From: Callorhinchus milii
Taxonomy: Eukaryota
Assembly: GCF_018977255.1 (NCBI RefSeq)
Contig: NW_024704742.1
Coordinates: 100,132,001 to 100,196,000 of the forward strand
DNA length: 64,000 nucleotides
Direction of reading: 5' to 3'
Under the pieces are notes generated by a model. It did not search any database and was not told where the DNA came from. It worked only from the letters and a program-made list of their open reading frames with translations. The translations under genes and the position numbers were made by a program. Shown piece after piece: positions 13,106 through 26,604 of the stretch; position 1 is the stretch's first letter; each line of letters starts with the position of its first letter.

Positions 13106-16100
13106 ACGAGTCCTTAAGTCCTTTTTTGGGCCCTGAGATCTCATCCACTCCAGATATCTTTGTTTACAAAATACAGTCACTACTCTTTACGAAAAATCCT
13201 ATGAAGCACTTTGAGAATCCCTCCTGATATGAAAGGTGCTACACCAAATATAATTATTATTGGATAACTGAGGGATTGACCCACTCCACAGGCTGTAAAA
13301 GTCCCATATTTCAAGACAATAATAGTCTAGACATTTCATGTCTGCTCGCAATGAGGTAGATGGACCTAAGATATCGAAAAGGTAACTTGTGATGTGCCAG
13401 CTACATGGATGTTCTGGAAGTCCAAGTATCTGATTTACTGACTCACAACTGTTTAACCCTGGTCCTCACTTTGGCAAAGAGAACATGGTGTGCTAAATGA
13501 AAAGTCAGTGCAAGTTCCTCTCTTCCCACTGCTGTAATACTGACCAATACTCAAGACAACAAGGTGAACGTGGACAGCAAGTAAACTTGACATCAGAAGT
13601 TCAATCACTGAGACGAAGAATACTGAACAAGATTGAGCAAGCTCATAACCCTTCTGTCCTGACATACTGCTTTCTACCACCGGAGCAACAATTATATTAT
13701 TATTATTATTATAACAAGCATCCTCATTACGAGCTAGTTGCGTGTTTCGCAATTTCATTGACTGGCCCAAAATCCACCAATAAGTGCTACGTTCAGTGAT
13801 CCAGGGTCCTTCCCAAGACCACAACATGTGGTTCTGACATTTCCACAGCTGATAGTTTACAACACAAAGTCAGGTCACCAGCTTTGCTAGTTTATTTCAC
13901 CACCTTCACACTGTTTTCTCAAAGTGAAAGGTACAATATAAATTTAAATTGTCTTTGTATTTGTTCCCCTAAGCTTCTCGTTAAAACAGTAAAATGGGTT
14001 TTCAGACTGAACACTCGCCCCCACAAAAGCACCATTCAATTATTTCCCAGACATTTATCTTCCCTTTTACGAGAATAAAACTCTTAAAAAGAAACCCGTC
14101 ATTTCCGACATCAGCAGTAAAATGTCAAAATAAATTACTTTAATTTAAAGCACGATTACATCTGCTAGACTGAACAGTAGGTAAGCAGATATTAAAAGGA
14201 CAAGAAAGATTGCATTCACGGCATAGATTCAAGACATTAACACATTTATGCCAAGTCTCTCTCTCCTACACACACACAGACCATGTTCTGGGCCCTACAA
14301 TTCAACAGTAATCAGCCAAGATGAGACAGTAAAATCTGACAATCCAGTTGAAGACAAATGAATTATGATGCCTGCTGGCCGATGGATATGTAGACTGTGA
14401 AGTGGAGGATAAGTACATAGCCAAGTCTGACACCACCCTTTCCAACTTGCCTATCCAGCTGTTGCACAACNTTTTTTTAATTCTCACTGCAACAGAACAG
14501 ATTTTTATTCGAAAAGCAGCATCTCAGAACACAATCCAACTCAAAAACAGCAATGAAAACTAGATTTTGAAAAGCATTGCAAGACAGGCAAACTGTATAA
14601 AAAACAATCCACTCATCCAGTCTATCGCACTGGATTGCTCAAATCTGGAGCTACAAAATTCTGTACGTAGACTGAAGAAGTTAACCTCCATTCAATTTAT
14701 GCTGTATGTGTGGACTTAATATCAATGGTTCACTTGGTGTGGATATTTTTTGAACAAAGCATTTGTTTACACCCGCAATTACTTGATGCATCATCAGGAA
14801 ATGCAACACACACACACACACACAATATGTCTTAAGCTTATCTTCTCTCAGGTCAATATTCAAAGCCAATGGCATAATTATGTCTCCCTTCCTCCAATGG
14901 ATTTGTTGAAGATCAAGCATTGGAATTTGTCATTACACCTGGAATCTTCCATCAAACTGCAAAGGTTACACCACCCCTCCTGTCAGAACATTGGGCAGAA
15001 ATTCTCTCTCTCTGTCCCTCTCATACCCCTCAATCTATTTATTCGCCAGATTGCTATCTGTTTCCCTCTTGAATTTGTTCCTGCAATCTGCCTCTCCCAC
15101 CTTCACATTCAGTGCCATGTGAAATCACCATCTTAAAATACAAATTCAGTCACCACGTGGTACAATATGCACAGCAGAACTTGGTGATTCACAGAACACT
15201 AAACCCACGATATGCTTCTATCTCTTCTCTGTAACGACGATAAGATAAACCTGCAGCATCCCAACAGATGCTCAGCAATTAAAAAATATTCAACTGCCAG
15301 ATTGATCTCAGATTTGTACTCAATCAGCTGATCTCAGCTCGGGCAGCACCAACAATATACAATGCTCATTGCTCATGGGGTGAGGAGGGCAAGACATGCA
15401 ACAAAAGCTGCTAAAAAGTGTGCAAGGGTATGCACATACACGCTATTGAATTTTCCCAGCACAAAATGTAGTCATTCACACATCATGCCCATGCCACAAT
15501 CCATTTTGTCCCACTCCTCTATCTTTTCCCATAATCTTATGTACATTTTCTCATCAAAGATGCATTTAGTTCCCATTTAAAAGCTATTATGGATTACACA
15601 AATGCTCATAAGCAAATGAGTAAGTTCCCTGCTCCTATCACATCTCCTATACACTCCACTTCAGAATAAGAAGCTCCATTTGGTGCTCAACCTTTTCGCT
15701 AATGATGATTTCCTATTTCCTATTCCCTGTATTCATCCACTTTACCAGTCTTAAGTCACCATTCATGACACGTATCTTGCTCACTGCATGCAGCTCCTGC
15801 TTTATTCACCCGCAGGGAAAGTTCACTGAGCAGATGACTTGACCATATGTAATCACCCCAGCAGCTGAAGGCTGTGCCACTCACCCAGCCACTGTCAGTG
15901 AGATTCAAACTTCCCGTAGCGGCATGACATAATACTATCGTCTGAGACAACCTGGGTCAGACCAATATAAATGAAATCCACAACGCCCTCGTGTCTGCAT
16001 GGTTGCAAACTGTAAACCTGGTGGCAAAGCAGCTTATTTGCAAGTTAGCAGAGTGAACCTCAATCTGAATCTCAGCCATGATAATGTGATAGATTTCCAC

Positions 16101-16539
16101 AGCTCTATGTCAGCTATAAACATGTCGCAGACGACTAATTCTCCTACTTTAGCTACGACCATGTCATGCTATGCTAAATTTCCCACCTCAGCTCCAAGCA
16201 CGTCATTGATTACAAAACCTCACACCTCACAAATTACAGTGTTGAAGCTTTGGAATGGACAATGAAACCTGGAGAGATCAGCAAGTCAGCATCCTCCCCC
16301 TTCTCCTCCTCCATAGTTGGCAGATGCTAGGTGTTTGTGGCTTTGGGCCTTACCAAAACTCTGACCTGCAATGTCTTAACTCGTCTCAATCAGAGACTTC
16401 CAATAGAGGGAAAACACGTGAAATAGCCAACCTTTCACTGAGCAATTTAAAGAAACCCAAAGAGACTTCTGCTATTTTTAATAAAAATAATCACTTAAAT
16501 GGGATCATATTACACCAGATGTCATAATTAAAGTTGTCT

Positions 16540-17080
16540 GGTGCTGTAGTCGGGGCACATCTGGAGTACTGCACATACATGTCTAATTGCTGAGAAATAA
16601 GGAGGGCTGCGAGGAGAGCCACGAGGATGATCAGTGTTAAAGGAATGAGATATGATCAACAATTAGTCAAGCTGGGGCTCTTCAGTCTTGAAAGGAAAGT
16701 CTCAGTGGGGTCATTATAGAGGTATATAACATTTTAAATAGGATTGAGAAAGGAAACCCAGAACCATGCATTCAGTCGGACACATAGCAAGAACAAACAG
16801 GAAGACAAGAGGTTTTAGGGACGCAAAGGGAAATTTCAGGGCAGATACCAGGAAGTATTTTGTTACTCAAAGGATAATGAAAATTCGACCAGGTTATCAG
16901 GAAGGTTGCTTGAGGCCAGGACGCTGGAAAAGGAACATTTAATTTCATCCTCCCAGAATATCCACCCTACTGTCCTCTCATTACTGTAATGAGAGGTCAG
17001 TAGGGTGGATATTCTGGAAGGATAAAATTAAATGGATTGAAGGGCCTTCTTCATCTAAATCTCTCTTGCAATCTTGTAAT
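16540..17080 (+). mobile_element. Degenerate CR1 LINE 3' part containing a fold-back palindrome
   Basis: cacatctggagtactgc (HLEYC), gctggggctcttcagtcttgaaagga (LGLFSLER) and a 3' UTR ending ggattgaagggccttcttcatc. Confidence 0.75.
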
Positions 17081-17167
17081 ATATTAATCCTCCCAACATT
17101 TTCCTTATATTTGTATTATATAATTACTTGTAAATATACAATTACTTACAGTAAACTACTGATACTC

Positions 17168-18720
17168 AACCACATCCCTACCCAATTCCTTACCTCCCAG
17201 CTCCACCTCTTCGCCCCTCTACTCACTGATATCATTAACCTCTCCCTGTCCTCTGGTACTGTTCCCACCCCTTTAAAAACCGTTGTCATCATTCCTATCC
17301 TTAAAAAACCCTCCCTGGACCCTTCTCTACTTCCTAACTACCGCCCCATCTCCAACCTCCCCTTCCTCTTCAAGGTCCTGGAATAAGTTGTTGCTTCTCT
17401 GCTTCACTCCTTTCTCTCCCTTCACGAAACACTCCAATTGTGTTTCCGTGCCATCCACAGCACAGAAACCGCTCTGGTCAAAATGACAAATGACAATTCT
17501 GTCCATCTGCAACCAGGGCTCCCTCTGCCCCTCATCCTCCTTGATCTCTCTGCTGTTTTCAACACCGTCGAACACTCTATCCTCATCTACCGCCTCTCCT
17601 CTCACCTCAACAGCGCTGTCTTTGACTGGTTCAGATCGTACCTCTCACACCGCCTGCACTTCCATCTTCTCAAACGTCTTCTCCTCTAGCCCCCAAACCG
17701 TCTTGTGTGGCATTCCTCAAGGTTCTGTCCTTGGTCTCCTCCTCTTCAACATCTACATGCTCCCTCTTGGTGACATCATCTGCAGACATGGGGTCAACTT
17801 CCACATGTATGTGGATGACACCCAATCTATCCCTCTGTCTCCACCTTTGAATCCAGGACCACTGCTGTGCTGACAGAATGTCTGTCAGACATCAAGTCCT
17901 GGATGAGAGCGAACTTACTTCAGTTGATCGTCAACAAGACCGAGGCCCTCCTGATTGGCTCCCGTCAGAGCCTCCTTACCTCAGGCGCTGACAGCATCAC
18001 TATCCATGGTTGCACACTCCACCTTGCTAAGCCAGTCCGGAACCTTAAGGGTCTTGTTTGACCCTCAACTATCCTTTCTACCCCACATCTGCGCCATGAC
18101 CCGCTCTGCCTTCCCTCACCTCCTCAACGTCGCCCGGCTCCAACACTGTCTCACACCACAGGCCGCCGAAACCCTCATACACGCCTTCATTACACCGAGG
18201 CTCGACTACGCAAACTCGTTGCTTGTCGGTCTCCCCAACTCCTCCTTCCACAGGCTGCAGATCATCCAGAATTCTGCAGCCTGTGTCCTCTCCCACCCTA
18301 GACTCCGCGACCCTATCACCCCCATCCTTGCCCAACTCCTTTGGCTTCCCATCACACAGAAGATCGTGGTCCCCATCTTCAAAGCCCTCTACAATCTTGC
18401 TTCCCCCTACCTCTCCGACCTCCTAACCCCCTACCAACCTGCTCGCTCCGTCCGCTCAGCGGGCTCCGGCCTGCTTCATGTCCCCCGCCTCGCTAGCCTC
18501 ACTATCGACTGGCAGGCTTTCTGCCACTCTGCACTCACCCTCTGGAACTCCATCCTGCAGCCACTCCGTCTTGGCCCCTCCCTCGCCACCTTCAAGACCA
18601 AACTCAAGACCCTCCTCGTCGACCGTGCTTTCGATCTCCCTGGTTCCCTCCCGCCCTCCCAACCCTCAGCTCGGGTCCGTAACTGGGACGTCCTCCCGAC
18701 GTGAAAGGCGCTATACAAAT
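17168..18720 (+). mobile_element. L2 LINE, 5'-truncated, RT domain with stops and frameshifts
   Basis: [61 protein letters not shown] and a 3' end gggacgtcctcccgacgtgaaaggcgctatacaaat. Confidence 0.93.
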
Positions 18721-19844
18721 GGTGACTATCTTGGCATGAGTACTCCTGGGACTCTAGGGGTTGCTGTGGCTAGGAGGACCTACACCAATAAATGCTGTTA
18801 GTGTGACAGAGTGGCCACAGCCTCCTTAACTGCCAGTTTATTTGTTAAAACTTGTTTATGTACAGTATAAATATAAGTTTATGTGCCTTTAAGACAAATT
18901 TTTGCTTACTGTGCTCATTTTAACAACCTGAATCACTCAAGAGTTTATCAGGCAGAACCTCACTGACGGCAACATCTAAAATTTCTATGCACAAGATATT
19001 TCGTCACAACAATCAAAACAGCTACCATGCAGCTGGCAAAGGGCGACATTTTCCCCCAATACCAGGCCACTCTGGCAAGTTCGCTTTCACAGCTGGCTGA
19101 ACGGTACAGGTAAGTTTGTTCCGATGATATATACAATATTTTACTCACAGGGATGTATAGATGTTATAAATGATTGATGGAATAAGTGGAAGGGCCCTTA
19201 TTCACATTTTTGCATGGGAAGCGGACAGGATATGGACAGCATGTCATGATATGAGCCAGGGTCTTATAATCAGGAGTTTACTGTAGTTTCTATCTTCCTC
19301 CCACAGGTGTACTACTCCCTAACCAATAAATGACATGCTGTGAGTGCATGAGTGCTCTGAGCCTGTGCTAACAGTGATCTGTGACAAATGAGGTAAGAGA
19401 GTCCCATATCTCTTCTCCCTGCCTTTAATGACAGAGCCAAGCTCTGGAGGGTGGCTGAAGAGTGGTATGCTGGCAAAACAACGAGTGGTGGAACAAAAGC
19501 AAACAGCATCACCTGCATTAATAACTTACTTCACAAGATTATGTAAACAGCACATCAGTTGAGAGCAATCACAGGATATAGCTGATATGATCACCTATTG
19601 CTTTGTATCATGATTTCTTCCTGTTGCAATGATCTTATCAAGATTTCCCTGCAATATATTTGTAAATCCTGCAGTAAGGTTACAAATTAAGACTTTAACA
19701 TTTTACTCAAAGGAAACCTCTGGACAATGTTGCCTTCAGTTGGAGGATCAGACATACCTCAACCACCAATGACACAAAACTAATGGAATCCCAACCAAAA
19801 TAAAATGTTAAGCTAAACTATAATTTTACTGAATAATTTAGCAA

Positions 19845-20225
19845 GTGTCAGCCTGGCTCAGTTGGTAACACTCTCATCTCCGAGTCAGAAGGCTGTGAAT
19901 TCAAATCACATGTCAGGACTTTCAATTTTCAAATCTATGCTGACACTCCAGTGCAGTGCTGTGGCAGTGCTGCGTTGACGGAGGTGTCGTCCTTCGCATA
20001 AGATGTTAAAATAAGGTTCTGTCTGCCTGTTCTGACGATGTTAAAGATCCTATGGCACGATTCAGTAAGGAGTTTCTTTCAGTACCCTGGCAAACCAGCT
20101 CCTAGATAAATTTGTTCATTCACATCATGGCAATTTGTGGGACATTGCCATGCACAACAGTAAAATCTTATGAAGCTTTGAAACGTTTTGATGACATGAA
20201 AAGGCACTATATCAAATACAAGTGT
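19845..20225 (+). mobile_element. Deu-domain SINE (SacSINE1/AmnSINE1-like), near full length, old
   Basis: tRNA-like head gtcagcctggctcagttggtaacactctc...gagtcagaagg, then the Deu-like core ctgacactccagtgcagtgct...gtgctgcgttgacggaggtgtcgtccttcg...gatgttaaa...aaagatcctatggcac, then an L2-type tail. Family assigned from recalled consensus. Confidence 0.75.
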
Positions 20226-22046
20226 AATTATGTGTATGCCAGCAAATGGAGGAGCTCTTCTTTTCGTTGTTCTATTACTACATGGTGTTGCATTTTGGGG
20301 AGAGGGGAAAAATAGCCACAGAAATATCAGGGGGAAAAAAAAGAGCGTGAGCAAATGAAGACGAGGTCACAACAAACATCAATCTGGAGACATTGTCTGA
20401 ACTGGTTTCACAATGTAAGATAGATGTTCATTAGTAACATTTATTGTCTGCCCCATTTATTGATTTTACTATCGTGTAAATTCCGCACAGGCCTCTTCAC
20501 ACAGAGGCAGAATGCAATCTGCTGGCTTAGTTGCACCTTGAAGTCAGTTTGTTTGGCCTTGGAGTGACACACCAGTACAATCTCTATTAGCAAGCGGGAT
20601 CAGAGTGATGAGTGTGCCCAACAAACCATACTTCAAGCAGAATGGTCTCTCTCCTCCCCCACCATTCCCTGTGTACATCACACAGACCAATTCCTAAAGC
20701 AGCCCAAGCGATCAGGCCCAAATCTAAAGTAGCCACAGCAACAAAAACCACAAGTACAGAGCAGGAAACATACCACAGTCTTTTTGAAGTCACAACTTTT
20801 ATTTTGTGCCGTGCAAGTTTCTAAATGTCCAAGGGAGGAAGCTATGTACAGGTCAGCAATGATTGTTCAGCCCATATCCTGAGCCCAGATACAGGAAGCA
20901 GAAGGGTAACATTATTTATTCGAAGAGGGGGATTGCAGGAGCACCTCGGGATGTGGTGCTGCAAACATCTCCTGAAGCAACAACAGCACTTGCTTGCCTT
21001 ATTTACACTGCAGGGACAGGCTATAGTTCTGTAGTGCAAACACGCTGTACGAGTTTCACACTGGTGTAAGAAAGAGTTAATAGAATAAGTTGAAGGTCAA
21101 CAGAATGAAGCATTGGCGGAATATGCTGCACAGTTCAAGCACACAGCAGTACTAAAAGAGGATCCGGCGGATTTAAACTGAAACCAATGTATTCTGTAGG
21201 TTTGAAACTGGAATAAAAGCAGCGTGGGTGTCGTTTCCCAGTATTGTGTACAGACAAATCTAGTTTCTGTCTTTTCTAGCTAACAATTACATTACAACTG
21301 AACCAAAGATCCTCTTCCACCAAAATTCCGCTTGTTAGCAAATGGCAGCAAATTTAAAGTCCAAAAGAAATGAGAGCAAAGACTAACAACATAAAAACTA
21401 AGCACTCTGGGATGCCACCCAGGGTGGAGGGCGCAATATAAACAAACGCAAGTTGTTGTCTTGCATAGTCAGCCAAACACTTGGCAAAATGCAATCTCAC
21501 AGTACCGTGTATTGCATGCTGAACAAGTAAAACAAGATATACAACATTGAGAGCAGCTCCTTGTGAGTGAACTGTCTAATGTAACATTTAGTGCACATAG
21601 ACCTGTAAGGTAGCTGCCCAACACTCAAGAGTATCAACTTTTAAACCCACTGCATCCTTGTTCAGTGTTGTAATGTGTGCAGTGCCATAATAAGATAGCA
21701 GCTAATCATACATTTGGCTGAATATATGGTCTTTGACTGTGCACAAATCTCTTCCTATTCCACAGAAGTCCTCAGACTCAGAATACTGCACTTTTACTGT
21801 TTAAAGGGATTAAGTAAAGCTATCTACGTGACAAAACATTCATTAGGTCACCTCTCTCCATAATGCATTCACAAGCCCAGTAAAAGCTAAAAAAAACAAG
21901 GAATGATTATTAACTTGTATGTGCTTATGCTTCGTGTAAGCACCAATATTAAGAGACACTAATTTAAGAAACTGTGAGTACCAGTTGCTCACATACTGAA
22001 ACAGATAATCGCCTTCACTTTCTGACCCCTGGTCATCTGAACTGCC

Positions 22047-22318
22047 TCCCTGAAGGGCACATCTTGCTTACCTAATTCCGGAAAGTATTAGGTCCAGGTT
22101 GGCAAGCGAGAGAACAAGCCCTGGCTCTTGCCAACGTGCGCCTAATACTTTCCGAAATTAGGTAAGCAGAATGCATCCCTCCAGGGATAGAGTGCGCATT
22201 CCATTCCAACAATCTATCTCTGGGATTTCCATGTGGGGGTGGCATGCATGGAAATCTCAGCTTGGTTTGGATACTTTTCAGCATGGTTTCCTCATGTGTC
22301 AGACACTCGGCTGACCAT
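22047..22318 (-). repeat. Unclassified dispersed repeat, copy 2 of 4, with internal inverted duplication
   Basis: Matches 11760-11980. Arms 22047-22106 and 22127-22187 are inverted repeats. Confidence 0.75.
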
Positions 22319-22866
22319 TAAAAAATGATCTGCGGTGCTCCTCAGGGCTCTACCCACCTTTTCAGCTACAAGCTCCTCTTTGGTAACATATTCATAGGCA
22401 CGGGTCCATTTCCACATGCACATGGATGCCACCCAACTCAGTGTCCAACAACAAAACAACAATTTAGACTTAAATAAACACCTTTCAAGTAAGAGGAAAT
22501 CTCAAAGCACTCTACAAAGTCTCAGTGCGAGCCTGAGCTGGAAGCAGGGAGATGGCCCATAGAAGTGTTGAAGAGAAAAGGTTTTAGGCAGGTTTTCAAA
22601 GTTGAAATGGGGGGGAGGAGGAAGGATTTGGAAGAGAATTCCACTAAGGTGGGACAGTGGCTGAAAGTTCACCCACTTTCATTCTAACCTTCAAATGCCT
22701 TCATGCCCTTAACCCAACTACCTCTACGATCTCAGGTTGTCCTACTGCCCCTCATTCGCTTTGCCCTGCTAACTTGGGGCTGTGGTATTAGTGCCAGTCC
22801 ATTTAAATGGTGTTATGGAATAGTGTTATTATTACTAATTCACAGATAAATTCCATCCATTATCAT

Positions 22867-23330
22867 GGGAGTCCTGTAGCTCAATAGGTAGAGCACTCGC
22901 TTCAACCACAACAACTTGGATTTATATAGCGCCCTCCACTCCGGACGGCGTCTCAGAGCGCTTGGCAAGCAAGAGACATGGGTTTGATTCCCAGCATGGC
23001 GAAACGTTGGGCAAGTTTGTAATAATAATCCTTGTACTCCACACAACTCTGTTTACCTAGCAGTAAGTAGGAACCTGGTTGTTAGTCAATTGGTGGATCA
23101 TGTTTCCAGGGGTACTATAATTCCTTCAAAAAAATATAGAATAATTAGGTCACTCAATCCATGATTGTTTGTGGGAGGGACACTGCTGTGCGCAATTGGC
23201 CGCCACGTTTTAGAAATTTTAGAAATGTAGGTGAACTAGTTGATTCACTGGCCAGGTCTCAGCATGAAGTTTTCCTGCCGTGTTTCGCCCACAAAATATA
23301 TAGTCAATTCAGTATATTCTGTGAGGTGCT
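22867..23330 (+). mobile_element. tRNA-derived SINE, long subfamily, with two insertions
   Basis: Head is split by a minus-strand L2 tail (about 22905-22963). It keeps the internal ctctgtttacctagcagtaagtaggaacc segment and has an extra insert at about 23210-23275. Confidence 0.85.
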
Positions 23331-23742
23331 ATTAATATCATAGCATATTATAGTACACTGTAGTGAATTATAGTATATTATCATGTCGGGTTGCGTTTAC
23401 ACAGCAGTTATTTCATTAGTAAGCAGAACACAATCTTCATACTAGTTTGAAGACAAATGAAAATGTAACCCTAACACAGTGAGTCAGGACCTAAAGTTAC
23501 AATTTAACAATAGAGCAGATTTCTGCCAATTTAAGAAATTTGAGGCATGAAACACATTCTGCTGTTCAGATGAAGCTTCCTGTCTGCTGGCTTTTGTCCT
23601 CCTTTTCAGTCGGATTTCCTTCTTGTACAGAATGCACCTCATTTTTATTTTAACATCACAATTTATAGCCATAAATAGAATAATCATTTGTGTTCCTGGT
23701 ATCCGTTCTCCCCAGTTTGTTCTTACAACCATTTTTTGAGGG

Positions 23743-24145
23743 AGTCAGCCGGGTGTGTGACTCATGTGGAAACCCATCACCATGCTTAAGAGTATCCAAA
23801 CCAAACAGAGTTCCATGCATCCCACCTACACATGGAAACTCCAGCGATATTGATTGGAATGCAAAGCACTGTCCAACAAGCTTTCCCAATGCTTGTCCAG
23901 CTAGGACCACCCTATCCGTTGGGGCTTTTGCTTGCATGGTTACTAGGAGTTGAGTGAGAAGAATCTCTTCCCCCGGTGACTGTGTGCCCTTTCAAGACCT
24001 ACTGATAAGCCATGCTGGCTGGGCTGTCAGCCGCAGTGCCCTATTGTACTGCAGACCCGTCTGGCTAATGAATTGATTACTGAGACCGCCACAGAGGGTT
24101 GGCTGGATTCCTCCATTCCGTTGCCATTCTTACAACCAAGGAGGT
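23743..24145 (+). repeat. Unclassified dispersed repeat, copy 3 of 4 (internally deleted)
   Basis: gtcagccgggtgt...ggaaacccatcaccatgcttaagagtatccaaaccaaacagag...ctaggaccaccct...gctggctgggctg is collinear with 45161-45700. Confidence 0.8.
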
Positions 24146-24264
24146 GAATAATTTCCCAAAGCAGTCGCATGTTTAGCCCTGTCGTAAATAAAACTGCTTG
24201 AACTTATTGTGTAGCCCAGTTATAACAAGGTATTAGGATCCACAAAATCGCAACCAACATTATA

Positions 24265-24990
24265 GCTCCCTCCTCTTAAATAGTGCTGTAAGATCTTCGA
24301 CATTCACCTGAACGAGCAGACTAGCCATTGGTTTAACATCTCATCGCAAGGATGGCACCTCCAACAATGCAGCACATCCTCTGCACTGTACTGGAATGTT
24401 AGCCTACACTGAGTTCAAAATACCGACGATAGCCTTTGAGATCACTGAGTAAGGAAAGGGGAATTTAAGAGCAATGACCAAATCCTCTGTCAAATCAACA
24501 GCTTTGAAAGTCTAGGTAAAAGTACTGAAGGGAGAGAGTTCCATCCAGCCCTCGCATGTTGGCTAAAGCATTGGATTGTAGCAGATCAAATAAATGCAGA
24601 TTCTGATTAGTTTCAATTTAAAATAATAAAGTACCTGACAGATCACATCAAAATACCTCATGCATCACTTTAAAATGCAGTCACTGAGGTCATGTAGCAG
24701 CAGTCAAACCCCCAATGTGACAAATTGCCAAATTTAATTTATTTTTGGTGCATTTGGATGCAGAAGAAATACTGGACAGAACTCTTGGAAAACTCCCTTC
24801 TTTGAACACGTTTCACAGGACATTTAATATCCACCTAATCCCCAGATCAGGCAGCCAGGCCTTGGATTTAATGTCACCATTGAAGAATAGCATGTCCAAC
24901 AATGCTGCATTCCCCGGGTACTACACTGAAGCTTCAGGATACATTAACAGCTGGTATGTGGCTCGAATCCACAACTACTGACATTCACTT
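24265..24990 (-). mobile_element. Two degenerate Deu-domain SINE fragments (about 24265-24420 and 24660-24990)
   Basis: ggtttaacatctcatcgcaaggatggcacctccaacaatgcagcac is the reverse complement of the Deu core. Confidence 0.65.
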
Positions 24991-25574
24991 CATATTAAAT
25001 GACACTAAGGCAAGAGAATCAAGCAGCAGTCATAATTTTCAGTGATTGGGTATGTGTTTGTGTGATACACTCACGGTGTGTTCAATATAGCAGTCTTACT
25101 TGGTCAAAGATTTATAATACTGTAGCAGATGCCAACACTAAGAGCAGGAAGTAGAGCAGAAGACCCACAGTGTTCCTGCCTATCAAGTTCAGGGGGAGCT
25201 TTGGAACACATGGCACTGGATTTCTTACTAACCACCTGTTTGGCCATATATTTGTCCAATTTTGATTTCCTCAAGAAGTGACACGACCAGTGTGTAATGA
25301 GCAACAGTGCTGCAGGAAGTTAAGTCTTTCTCCGGATTTATTTTAGTTGATGACTGCTGCTTTGTAAGTAGACAAGGTTCTGAGGCTCAATATTTCCTGT
25401 CAGCTTTCTGGTTTTCTCTGTATTATAATTTATTGCAGTTTGTGTGCATTTGCGGCTCAGGTAATAGTACAGTTCAAAAAGTGTTGCAGGGAAATTGAAT
25501 TACAGGAGAAACCTGGTTTATATTACTGTAAAGACTATTTGAAAAAACATGGATTTTCATAGGTTTAAACAATG

Positions 25575-26140
25575 CTTACATTTGATTTGTCTCCTTATGT
25601 CATCGTTGAAACATCTCAAAGGGCTTCACAGGGTTTACTGCAGTGACTGTTTTTTTACAGCAGCTACTTTGCTTACAGCAATGTCCCAGAAATAGCCATG
25701 ATGTGAATGAACATTTTTTTTAATCTGAATAATTGTTGTACAGGACACCAGGCAAACATTCCCTTTGCTTTTGAATAGTACCACGGTATCTTAATTTCCA
25801 TTTGAACAAGGGGACCTTGGTTTAATAACAATAATAATCCTTGCATTTATAACAGATTATCACATCGTTGAGACGTCTCAAAGCGCTTCACAGAATATAT
25901 TGTAAAGTTGACTGTGTATTTTGTTAGCAAAATGTGGCAGCCAGTTGCGCACTGCAGTGTCCCACAAACAGCCGTGGAGTGGCCAACCTTTTTTTGAAAC
26001 GTGTCATCTAAGATCTGAACGATGATATTAATGAACTGGAGTGTCAACCTACACTGTGAGCTGAAACTTCCAACGTGGGGATTGAATCCACAAACTTTCT
26101 GTCACAGAGGCAAGAGTGCTACCAACGAAGCCAGGCTGAT
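25575..26140 (-). mobile_element. Deu-domain SINE interrupted by a younger SINE 3' part (about 25826-25980)
   Basis: The old SINE tail, core and head (gagtgctaccaacgaagccaggctga) flank an aataataatccttgcatt...cccacaaaca segment. Confidence 0.65.
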
Positions 26141-26604
26141 GCCCAAAGTGTTCACAGGCATAAACAAACATTGGTAGATGTAGCAAAAAGCACCTCCAGA
26201 AGCTGAGAAAAAATGCTACTTGAAATACTGGGTGGTCCTTGTTACAGCATCACAGGAGATGATCAGATCAAGGCAGCCCTTCATCCCACTACAGCAACCA
26301 GATGTTTCTTAACTGAGACCAGTGGTCCAGCCTCAATCACCTTTCCTCATAACCTGCTGGGTTACTTCTATGTAAAGAAATACCTTTTGGTGCCTGTCCT
26401 AAAAGTTACTTCATAACCTCATACCCAATCCCATACAGTCACTCAAGTTTACAATATAGTCAAACCTGTTAAAGCAACCACCTCTATTCAGCAACCACCC
26501 GCTGTCAACAACCAATTGGAGCAGTACTGACCGATTTACCATAATTAACCACATCTCTTCAGTAACCAGAGGACACATTTTTTTTAGTCCTGTTGGTGTC
26601 CAGA

